From contig OZ037768.1 of NCBI GenBank assembly GCA_964035545.1, forward strand, positions 21,545,119 through 21,609,118: 64,000 nucleotides of DNA. Reading direction: 5' to 3'. Positions 1 to 11,900 of this stretch are shown one piece after another. Below the pieces are notes generated by a model. The model worked only from the letters and a program-made list of their open reading frames with translations, had not been told where the DNA came from and searched no databases. The DNA comes from Bugula neritina (Eukaryota > Animalia > Bryozoa). Position 1 is the stretch's first letter; the number at the start of each line of letters is the position of its first letter. Position numbers and translations under genes: made by a program.

Positions 1-109
1 TACATAGAAATTGACTTGTTCTCATGCATATTCTTTAAATATGTTCCAGAATTAGAACTTTTAGTTTTTGTCTTGAAATCACTGTCACCGGTTCTATTTT
101 CTACATTAG

Positions 110-2351
110 GTACTTCACTGTATTGTGGGGTTTGTTAGATCCAACCCCATGTTGACAGCCTTTCAAGTAGCCTCTAGAGTGTTTGTGGTGTGGGGCATAC
201 TACACTCCGTAGAGAACACTCAGACATCTATAGGCTACACCTTGCTGCTAGCTGCTTGGACTATCACCGAGATTATCAGATATCTTTATTACGTTCTCAA
301 CATAGCCAAAATTGAGGCATATCCTTTAGTGTGGCTCAGGTAGGCTGTCTACTGTATCCACCCTTAGAATGACACGTGAATGTTGGCTATATTGTTATGG
401 AGTCCTTAGGTTACATATGGCAAATATATTAAATGAAATTGTATATTGTAGTTTTAATCATTAATGTTTTATTGAAGTTTTTAGTTTGTTTTTGTTTGTA
501 GTTGTCAATGACTTTTTATAGACCGGGCAATTGTTGTACGGAACTGCACCCATGATAAGTAATACTAGTAATTAGTACACAGTCTTGTTTTGTAGATACA
601 CATTGTTCATCATTCTCTACCCTATTGGAGTCACTGTAAGTATTCAGCCACTAGGGGGAGTCTCGTAACTTTTATCAGTCATAACTAAAATATCTTCTAA
701 CTATAGACAAGCGTACTTTTATACTATAGAAACCTCGTAACAAGAGTTTGCTAAGTTTGCTTCCAGAACGTAAAAGTGATTTAACTGCCCAAACCAAAGG
801 TTTCTTTTTGTAACTGGGAGTTGTCTGCTTTTACTAAAATTGATAGCTTGATAACAATGCCTGTTTCTGATGATTATTTATTCTGCATCTGCACCCTTCT
901 TTACCAAAATAGTCACATTGAATAGCATTTACTGCTATGTATATTCAACTTCTACAACAGCTACACATCTGACGTTATAATATTTTTATAACTAGCAGTA
1001 ATTATTTTATGTTTTGTGGTTATCTTCTCTTTTAATTTTCTTTCTCGTTTTGCAGGGAGAACTTACCTCTATATATCAAGCTTTACCTCAAGTTGCTCAA
1101 ACTGGACTATATTCTATAAAGCTGCCCAATAAGATGAACTTTGCCTTTGACTACCAATATGCTCTTGTATTGATAATGCTCAGCTACATCCCCAGTGAGT
1201 TTATTCAATCTATGAATTACGTTGTACTGCTTACTTTTGTACGATACTGTGTAGGATTTCCATGCTATGTTTTTGTTCCGAGAAAAAACTGTTCAAACTT
1301 GCCTAAATATATTCTGTAGTCAGCTGTCTGAGTGTATAAGCTGTAACATACGCTGCTTGTTTTCTCTTTCTAGTCAATTTGATAAGCTTTGAAATGAGAT
1401 GAGCACCTATCTCTCCATGTTGTTCCCTCATTCTCAGTCTTAACACCAATTAGGGCTGAATTTTTCACTGCTTTATGGTCATTTGTTAGTCCCATATTCT
1501 GAATGTGCTTTATTGAATTGGCCGTAAAAAATTTTCACGTAAATGGATTAAATGTTTTAGAATTTTGGTATACACCTGTACAGTGTGCTGTTATCTTTAA
1601 CTGTTGAAATATACATTGTTGGGTGTAGCGTTACCTCTGCTGCAGCCATTTTAATTTCAATTTATTTAGTTTGTCTTGTCACTAATTCTCGTAGTTTTCT
1701 CTCCTCTCTTTACACGTCGCCCATTCTAGCACACACTGTGTTCAGTTTTAAAGACAAACTCAATTGTAGTGTTAGTTTTTTTCACTTGATCTGAGATGAT
1801 TTTCGGGCCGTTGAAAAGGAGGTGCCCAACATTATGTAGTACAAAGTCGTTGATCAAAAGTAAAAATTTTCATGTTTTTGAAATCAGTCGCCTTTATGCA
1901 AAGTTCCCACGTATATAATTTGTCCTAATTTTCAGAAGTTACATTTGATATGAGAATTTACACTGGTTACAGAAGTGTTAGTTACTTTATAATCACAATA
2001 CATTCTGTTTATATACAACCAAATCGAATAGTGCATTGCATTTAAATGTTTTCTCAAGGTCTGAGGCTAAAATATAAGTGTTGGGGTGCCCTAGTCCTAC
2101 GCCCTTGCTATAGTGCTATACAAACTATAAACTGTCATTTTACTAGACAACCAATTTATCTGCTCAGTTTATTAGTTTTGCCTGACAACCCTTGACAGGT
2201 ATTTAAGCTGCTTTAATTATTACTTTGAATGTATGACAACTCCCATAATTGTGCTGTCATTTGTCTTTTAGTTTTCCCTCAACTTTACCTCCACATGTTT
2301 GCTCAAAGAAAAAAGATAATAGGAGGTGCAGCAAAACCAAAGCCAGAGTAG
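110..2351 (+). CDS. HACD: Very-long-chain (3R)-3-hydroxyacyl-CoA dehydratase (HACD/PTPLA family), 3' part; 5' exons lie upstream of the window
   Basis: Exons 110-339, 596-635, 1056-1194 and 2272-2351 join through GT-AG introns in consistent phase. Translation includes [44 protein letters not shown] (catalytic Tyr/Glu motif of HACD/PHS1) and [18 protein letters not shown]. It ends KPKPE*, a KxKxx ER-retrieval signal. Paralog (HACD1 vs HACD2) cannot be resolved. Confidence 0.93.
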
Positions 2352-2925
2352 CAAGAAAATTCTTCAAATCAACAAAATTTACTTACGGTTTTTAATGGAA
2401 GCCCAGCTGTGACTGTATATAATCGTACCTACAGTGTTGTGATTGACACATTATTTGTAAATTGTATTGTTTGAAGTGTGTTATTAAAAAGGAGCCCCTG
2501 CCAAAGAGGTGTACTTTACAAAATTTGGTGAAGTAAATACTTTGATTTTATTTATATTTTTAACCAATGAAATGATTTGTAGGAAATAAATATAAATTGT
2601 TTTTTGATTTCAAATTATGTACAAATATTGTTACCATAGACCATCTTTCAGATCATAAATTAGGAAATGACACAAAATAGTTTATAACTTAAAAATAACT
2701 TATAAATAGCCTTATTCTATTGGCTGTCAGTTTTTTCCTTGAATAGCACTTCCTAGCTGAATCCATTGATGCAAGACTCAGTCACAGTTTTCATATTGAT
2801 GCAATGATTATGCACTCTACAGGATGCGGCCAGTGTACAGCAAGTAGAAATTTTAGTGCCCCAAATCAATCTTTACTGTCAAGTGAGATGTGGTCAAATA
2901 TGATTTCTCTCAACAATATCTGATG

Positions 2926-5900
2926 TCAGCATTCAGCTGTGGTATAGTAGAACACAGCTCTTTCTAACATAGGGGCTGTTAGGGAGCCTTCCTCATCCTC
3001 TCGCCAACCTTATATAATAATAAGAACTTCAGCTACGGTCTCATCACAATTACAGGCATAAACAGAATGTCCTTACAGAAAACTGCTTTACATTCAAAAT
3101 CAATTCCAATTTTGATTCAACATAAATAAATAGTTCCGTTTAAACTAAGTTACTTTGTCTGAAAAATAATATGTTTTCAGCGATCTGATTTTCTCTTCTA
3201 ACTGTAGCGTACCGCTATATATTGTTTAGTATAACAAAGTAAAATCATTCAGTATTTTACCATCAGTGCTCATTATATAACACAAAACTGAGAGTACCTG
3301 CACGAGTCATTCGACTGACTAAGTGTGAGTATGATTGGGGGAGATCAGGATTGAATTCTTCTACTTCACTTCCTGAAAGATCAGAGTTTGGATTAACATA
3401 GAATTTATAAATATGTCTGATGTTTACAAAATTTATTAGAGCAAACTTGTGTAGACTAGGGAAAAGTGATGGATATATAAATATTACAATGAAATTCCAT
3501 AACAGAAAATAAGACTTTCTCTAGTAGAGTTTACCCACGCATGCTAAAAAGAACTATCACATGGGAGCTGATATAAAATGCTAGTTGACTTTAGATTGTT
3601 CAAAATATTAACTTGAAGGCGTTTTATTAATATAATTCATTCAGTTATTTCTGTTTAGAAAACTGGAACAAACTCGGTACTGTGACTGATGGAGACATGC
3701 AGTACAGCCAGTGCATGATGATGCACATGTTAAAGATGTAAAAGCAGTGGTGTGAAAAGCATGAGTGTAGGTCTATATAGTGTGTGCTAATATCACCTAG
3801 AAAACATGAAGTTGCTAGAACATAGTAATCCGATAACACAGAACAATGTTGAGCTAATACTTCCTTTTTCAACAAAGTCACAGTCTTGTCATCGGAAAGC
3901 AGTACAGAGGTCAATGGTTCTGTTAGATATATTTATAATGACAACCAAAAGGCTCAATAAAGCAAGCATTAGCAAACTTGAACATAGTAAAGAAGTTGTC
4001 TGTCCTAAACTATGTTCTACATAGAAATATCGCACAAAAATTTATATAATGTCTAACATTAGTGCAGTGCTTCACTAATAATGAATCAAAATATACTTTT
4101 GTTACCTGAAGAAGCTGTCAGTGACATGCGCCGCAGGTTTCCTTGACCAGAAGAATTCCTACCTGAAATATAAGACAGAATGACTCATACATAGCCTATA
4201 TAAAAGATAACAATGAGGGAATATCCCTCACGGTCTATTCTCTCCTAGTTTGCATAAATATGGAAATGGCCAAAACATACCAAGTCAAAAATTAAAACTT
4301 AAGTTTTAATAACCAAGTGCATGAATAATACTCAAATAAAATCTTATCAAAGTTACAGATGCAAAATTTATGATTAATAGATTAACAGTGTGTGCAAAAT
4401 ATCTCTTTTTACTGATATTTCATAATTGCTTGCACCATAGCATTTGTTAATTCAGCCGTGAATATTTTGCTGTGACAAATATCATCATTTCGTAATTACT
4501 GATTAATTAGTAAAGATTGCAAAATAGATTGGCTAAGCACAAAGCACAGGCTATTCATGGTTGGGTGCTTAGTCTATACTCCAAGAATGTCTATTAAATC
4601 ATTTATGGAAGAGGGCTTCATATACGTAAAATGACGGTGCTACAACCAATGAGGGGGTGGTGGAACTCTGGGCCAATCATTCCCCACTTTTCAAAGCTCA
4701 ACATACTGTTACTGAACCACACTGCAGTAATCAAACGGGATAATAGTGTGGTTGTCATGACAACCAATGAGATAAATGCCTAAAATAGTTTTAACTATGT
4801 CATACCTGATCATGCTTCAGTTATCGCCTTATCTCATTTTGTTAAAACCAAAAACATAGCAAAGCATGGAGCAGTTGGAAGCATGTAAACTTCAGCTATG
4901 GAGGTCAACGTAACACTTAATACTACGAGCTCTAACTATACGAATATATCAACAGTGCCTACAGGAACCACAATGACTTCTTCTGGAATACCAAACTCCT
5001 CTCTCATTATTATAATAGCTAGTCTAGGGGGAACTGCTGTTGTATTAGTACTAATTTTAGCCGTCATCTTCTGCAGACGTAAAAGTCAAAAGAGTAACTT
5101 TGCGTCTGTTGAAGAAGTCTCGAATGAAAGAGGAGCGCATAGAAACCTTTCTTTCAACACAACAAACAGCGATGAGCTTCAAGAAAACGACGATCCAATC
5201 TATCGACCAACACCGAACATTGAGGCTGATAAAGAAAGTGAAGTGAAAGATAGTGTGTATTCAGAAGTGCTACCAAAAGAGCGCTTACCTAGTACTCAAT
5301 CTCAGAATAGTGACTATGAAAATGCAGAAACTATTGCACATATCAACTCTACAGCAAAAGACTTAGCTCCACCGCCTCTGCATAAGCGAGGAAGTGGCCC
5401 CATAACTACTAACCTTTTCAGACAAGGCACAAAAGCCTATCATTTGTACAGAAACGCATTACAAGATTATGAAATCGATCCGAAAAGTCTCTCTATGATT
5501 GCCAAAATTGGCAAGGGAAATTTTAGTACTGTGTACTCTGGTATGGCAACATCACTGCCGTACACTGATGCAAACAATCAGCTTGTGGCTATCAAAACTA
5601 TGAAGAGCTCCGCTTCAGATTCCGATAAACAGGAGTTTCTGTATGAATTTGAGATCATGAAACTGACCAACACTCTACAACACAAAAACATAACTAAACT
5701 GCTAGCCTCCGTCACTACCAGCTATCCCTGCATGTTAGTCTTAGAACTCATGCCAAACGGCAACCTTCGGAACTTTCTTCGAGCAACTCGGTCACAGGAT
5801 ATATACTACAATCTCCATAGCAACAGTAACAGTCTCAGTGAACGACAGCTCTTGCAATTCGGAATAGATATAGCAAGTGGCATGGAAGGTTTGGCGGATC

Positions 5901-8900
5901 TTCAACTCTTGCATAGAGATCTGGCTGCAAGGAATGTCCTGCTAGACTCAAACCTGACCTGTAAAATCGCTGACTTTGGATTCGCCAAAGACATATTAAA
6001 CAAGCCAGTGTATAGAAGCAAGTCAATACTTCACAGAGCTCGGCCTGTGAGGTGGCTAGCACCAGAATCTCTATTTTACTTCAAACACAGTATAATGAGT
6101 GACGTCTGGTCATACGGTATCGTACTCTGGGAAATTGTTTCTTTGGGAAACCTGCCGTATCCTGGCATGAACGTAAAAGAGGTAAATATACTTTTCAAAC
6201 TTGTATAACTACTGATCATTTCTCATGAGCTCTCTATATGCAGCCTTGACTGAATTTTATTTTCCGCCTCTATGACGGTTAGTTTGACACCAGAGGCTAA
6301 ACCAGACAGTTTTTAAAACCACAAAATAGTGTTGAAGGCGCAAAGCATTTTGAAACTATCAACATTTCCTCAACTATAATTTAAAAAAAGCTGTTCACTA
6401 TAATTATTGTCAGTTAAATTTAGGAGGAGCAAATTTTGAAAATCCTAACTACTAGACATGGTTTCACAAAACTATAACATTGCTTTTTAAAATATATGAA
6501 ACACTTTTTCTAAGTTAGAGCTAGTAGAGCTAGCTCAACCGCAATAGGCTAATAGGGATTGTCGAAGCCATTAAACCAGGGATTAGGTGAAAGATGAGCT
6601 GATTTAATTTAATTCTCTCAGTTGGACTTCTTGAAAAACTCAACAGCAATATAAGAGGTTCAGTTCAACATACTTGAGAGATAAAACTTATGACAAGTTT
6701 TCAGTAAATGACACAAATTAGTTTATTAGCAACTACATAGTTACTGTAGGGCGTAGGTCGTAGGAGGTATCATTTGCCTCAGCTGCAGAACTACTAAATA
6801 ACAGTAAATCTCTAGGTAATTTAGAAACACTTTTCTATGGATAATGACATTTTTATTTATTGCTACGAAACAGATCCTACTGCCATAAAATGCCTAACAA
6901 CTTAAGGTGACAACCCCCATCCATCATGACACTGACATTTTACAATCAGTCTCAGTGTGGGCTGACAAATGGCAAGTTGGAGCAGTGTTAGCAGGTGCCT
7001 AAGTCACACATTTCTATGATAATGATTGGTTTACAAGGAGTCATAAAGATACAATTCGCACTTCATGGTTGTATAATATTAAATATGGATAGGAGAAAAT
7101 TTCAGCAGTTCCTATAAGTCAAGTGTCCTGTAGGTTACGCATACTATTAACCAACGCCAAACAATTGGCACGGAAAACTAGCATTGCGTTTGTCGCAAGG
7201 AGGAAAGTTTTTGAGGAAAAGTTTTAGCCAAGCGGCGCAATTTTGAGTGAAAAGTTGGACATCAAAACAACGCAGTAGATCATACGTCACCGCAACACGG
7301 TGTATAATGTCATCATGCACTTTTAGAGTGGTAATGCAGCTGTGAGCTAAACATGATTTGTGTGCAGCTACATACACACAAGGGGAATACACTAGAAGTA
7401 TATAGTATATAACCTAAAGCACTGCCATATACTCGTATATTTTATACTTCCATCTCAATATACTATGCAAGTCTTAACAGTTTATATGTTAGTGTAATGC
7501 ACTTGAAAATATACATAAATTCTTGTAGTATATATGGCTAAGCTTTGTAGCTTACATTATTAAATTCTGTACTACATACTGTTGAAATTGGTAGCTCAAA
7601 CAGTAGTATATTCTGTTGAACTCTGTATTTCACATTGTTGAGATCTTCAGTTCACAATGTTCGACTCTGTTCAGTACAATGTTGAACTCTGTACTATACA
7701 CTGTTGTACTCTGTAGTTTACATTGTTTTACTCTGTACTGTACATTGTTGCAGGTTCCAACTCAACTGTCTAAGGGATACAGAATGCAGTGCCCGAAGCA
7801 CTGCTCGCCCGATCTGTACAGAGTCATGAGCTGCTGCTGGGAGGAGACGCCCAAGTCTAGACCTCCGTTCCACCAACTGGTTGATAAAATGAGACAACTC
7901 CTTGACCAGGCAACCAGACTCATAGATATGGGCAAGATAGAGGACGATGATGACTATATAGAAGTGCTACCTCCTTTGCACCAAGAGCTCTTCACCGAGT
8001 ACCCGACTGTAGAATCTAGTAGTGCAGATGAAACAGACTAGACTTCTTTGTATTTATTGCAATATTGTATATTTATTATTTCAAAGTTTAACAATGCCTT
8101 GAGGTATGATATAAAGATAACATGTATAACAATGCTGTTTGTATGAAATAGTCATGCGATATAACACAAACTGATAATTTAAAATAAGCCTGGGCGTATT
8201 ATAGTTCATGTAGGCGAGTAAAAAGTCACATGAAATCAGGCATATGACCTGGACATGTATATAAAAATGCTATTTATTATCATTCAATACACCTTATCAC
8301 ATTATTTCTCAGAGTCATTGGTATTTTCACCGCATTACCTTTTGTTTAAAATGATTGAATAGAGATAAAATTAGACATTTCAGTGATAAGTGCGGAAATT
8401 AGAGAAATGATAATTTATTCAGCCGTAATGACACATACAGTAAAAAGAAACATGTTTTAGTTATAACACAAAAAACAAATTTCGTTTTTTTAAGTCACTC
8501 AGCTACTAAAAACATTGTGTGTAGCAAAGTAATTACTAAAAAACATTTAAAAAGTTCACACTCGCAGCTAGTTGCAACCAGGAGAAACCAAATGCTAATT
8601 TTTAAATTTCATATCTTCTTAAAACATTACAAAAATGTGGAAACTAATAAATGAACTGTCAGTTTTTGTTATAATAAACACATTACCAATTAGTTTACAT
8701 TACTAATTGCTTCCTTTTGCATTGTATAGCTAATAATTGAAAGTATTTCTGTTGACAATTGATAGGGCTCTGGAAACGGATATTATTACTGGGGAAAAAA
8801 TCACCATGGAATCTGCTATAATAATGAAAATTATGCATTTAGAAATACTCAATAAAAAGTATACGAGAGAGATGAATCCAAAAGTAGAATAGAGGGAAGT

Positions 8901-11900
8901 CGTGGGAGAATATGCAACGTAAAATAGGCAGAATAAAGCAATAAAAGAAACAGAGGAAAAAAAGGGAGGAAATCAAAGAAAAACGCGAAAAAAAGAAGAT
9001 GAGAAGAAAAGATCATTGGCTAGAAATCACAAAACAAAAGTAGACGAGAATAGAACAGAAACACACAGGAAAGCAATCAATTGTGTTATGAAACAGCTGG
9101 GTGACTAGCATGACATATGCAAAGCCTCAGTGACTTAGTAGATATTTCGTCAGAGGATTTCCTTATACTGCAACTGAGTAAGTAGAAAAAACTGCTGTAT
9201 AAGAACCACTCTATAAACAGCTTCGTGTTGGGGGTGATTGAGTGCAATAATTTGAGATTCTAGAGTTTGGAGTTGGGGGCTCCAAGTTCCAACTTAAGCA
9301 CCCAAATCCAAACTGAAGAATCCCAAACTACTGCACTCAGCCACCCCCAAGTCAGAGCTGCTTATAGAATGATTCGTTGTAAAAGACTGAGCAGACACTG
9401 TAGAAGTATAAGTTACCATTGTAGTACTTGGAGAGCAAGTTCTCAGCAACGAGTCGGGTGGCAGTTGCCGCCACCCCTACTGATTCCATCAACTTGCGAG
9501 ACCATTTGAGAGCTTGAGGTGGAGGCAGGAGAGCCAGGCATTCTCCCTTCACTGGAGCCTTGATTATGTTTTTATCTGCCAAAAGAAGTTACAAATAATA
9601 GCTACAGTTACTACTAGCACAGTACTACTACTAGCTACAGTTACCGCTAGTATAGTTACCACTAGTATAGTTACTATTAGTATAGTTACTACTAGCACAG
9701 TTACCACTAGTATAGTTACTATTAGTATAGTTACTACTAGCACAGTTACTACTAGCACAGTTACTACTATCACAGTTACTACTAGTACGGCCATGGCTAC
9801 TATTACTTTTACTGAGACTAGAACCATATTATAGTGTATCCATTACAAGTAAATCAATCCAAACTAAGTCACTAACATAATAGTAGTCACATAGCTATTA
9901 ATGTGGTAGTCATGTAGTACTAACTAATATTGTAATGCATTAGTCATATAATAGTCATATATAGTAGTCATATTATAATATAACAATCATATAGTATTAC
10001 ATTAGTCATCAGTAATATATTAGTCACATAGTAGTCATATTATAATATAACAATCATATAGTATTACATTAGTCATCAGTAATATATTAGTCACATAGTA
10101 GTCATATTATAATACATATAATTAGCATATAGTTATAGTCATATAATAGTCATATAGTGATCATATATTAGTCATATTCTTTATACTGAGATTATGTCTC
10201 TCAGGTAAGAATGTGGATTGATATTACAAACAAGTGTTGAATATTAGGAAGTTTCTAGAACCACAAAACCAGCACATATTCAAGGAAATACCAGATTCTA
10301 CATTTTCTATGCAGTGTTTTAACCATAAAGAAAAAATTAACTTATCTGCAGAAGAAAAAGTTTATTTGCAGAAAAAACAATTTATCTGCAGAAGAAAGAA
10401 GAGTTTACCTGCAGAAGAAAGAGTTTACCTGCAGAAGAAAGAGTTTACCTATAGAAAAAAATTATGTGCAGAAAGAAGAGTTTACCTACAAAAAAAACAG
10501 TTGATGTACAGAAAGAAAAATTTACCTGCAGAAAGAACATCGAGAAAGCCGTCAGTCAGTTCAACTAGCCCACAATTCACGTACTGCATGAATTCTCTAC
10601 AAGTGTGTATTAGAAACAAGGTTATACATGAATGTATGCATTTCTGGGTGTCATTTTTATTAATTTAAAGCTTTAACTTTCACCCTAGTATACTGAAGGC
10701 AAATTATTATGCTTGGAGAATTCTAAGAACATTTTAAGAACATTGCGAGATGTGTGGATTACAATTCACATATATGAAAAAACAACTACTAATTTGAATA
10801 TCAAGTTTATACTGCAAAGCAACTGATAGAAATTGCCAATTATAAAAATTATTTGTGTTATATCAATTACTGTGTAGCTGTGTTCTATCACACTAAGTAA
10901 TGCCGAATGCTGTAATCTAATAATATCCCAGCTTGTGAACTTACTCAGGGGTATGACTTTGATAGGCCAGAGTAGTGAAAAGAGTAGCAAACTCTGCAAC
11001 ACAAAGAGTCCACAAGGTATCAATACAGTATTCACATCATAGTAATATAATATTTATATTATAGTAATATAATATTTACATTATAGTAATATAATATTTA
11101 TATTATATTAATATAATATTTACATTATAGTAATATAGTATCACATTGCAGTAACATATAATATTTATATTCTAGTAATATATAGTATTTATGTTGTAGT
11201 AAAATAGCATTAATTACATAATAATATAAATGTTTACATTACAGTACTATAGTATCTACATTATAATAATATATCACTTATATTGTAATATAGTATTTAC
11301 CTTATAACAATATAATCACCACATTGTAGTAATATAGCAATTATATTATAGTCATATATACTAGATATTTAAGTATATCACAGAAATGTAAGTGCACCCA
11401 TATGTTGCATAGTGCAGTTATACATGCTATACACACAGGTGATGTAGATTTCAAAACATGACAAAAACATCTAGTGCTATTCACATACTATGGATATTAA
11501 AACCTATTATAGACATCGAGCACTCACCATCTGGAAGAGGAAGGCCCAGTTTATTAACTGCAAACATGTATCTCTCTAACAGGTGAAAGGCTTTTAATAA
11601 GTTATCTGGTTGTCTGCAACATAAATTCTTCCATTAAAAGACAATTAGCTCATATAATACTTTATTTGTAAATGCAAGCATGTGCTGCGCATCAAACACA
11701 CATATTACACACATACATTACTGATTTGCAACATCAAAGCCAGTTTAAATATTCAGTTCATGGTAATTTTAGTATGGCTCATTAACTGCGCCTTTAGCCA
11801 CTTTTACTTCCCCACCAACAGCGCAAGGTAAATACAAGAAGTGACGCAGAACTGAAGGTCTTCATGATGTAATTCACATTTCCAGAAAATTCCAACTCAC

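Noticed and set aside
1805-2106. Possible MITE in the last HACD intron
   Set aside because: The terminal inverted similarity is weak and no TSD could be identified.
3645-3920. Minus-strand ORF as additional or terminal GSAP exon(s)
   Set aside because: No recognisable GSAP similarity, and exons 4162-4106, 3372-3298 and 3008-2926 already give an in-phase GSAP-like C-terminus. It cannot be excluded without RNA data.
4898-8041. Conserved synteny with Drosophila pigeon next to derailed (RYK)
   Set aside because: This kinase lacks a WIF ectodomain and has canonical HRD/DFG motifs, unlike RYK/derailed; the proximity is probably coincidental.
9514-9834. Thr-rich / Val-rich mucin-like ORFs (also 49727-50310)
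   Set aside because: Products of 15-bp and (ACT)n repeats inside introns.
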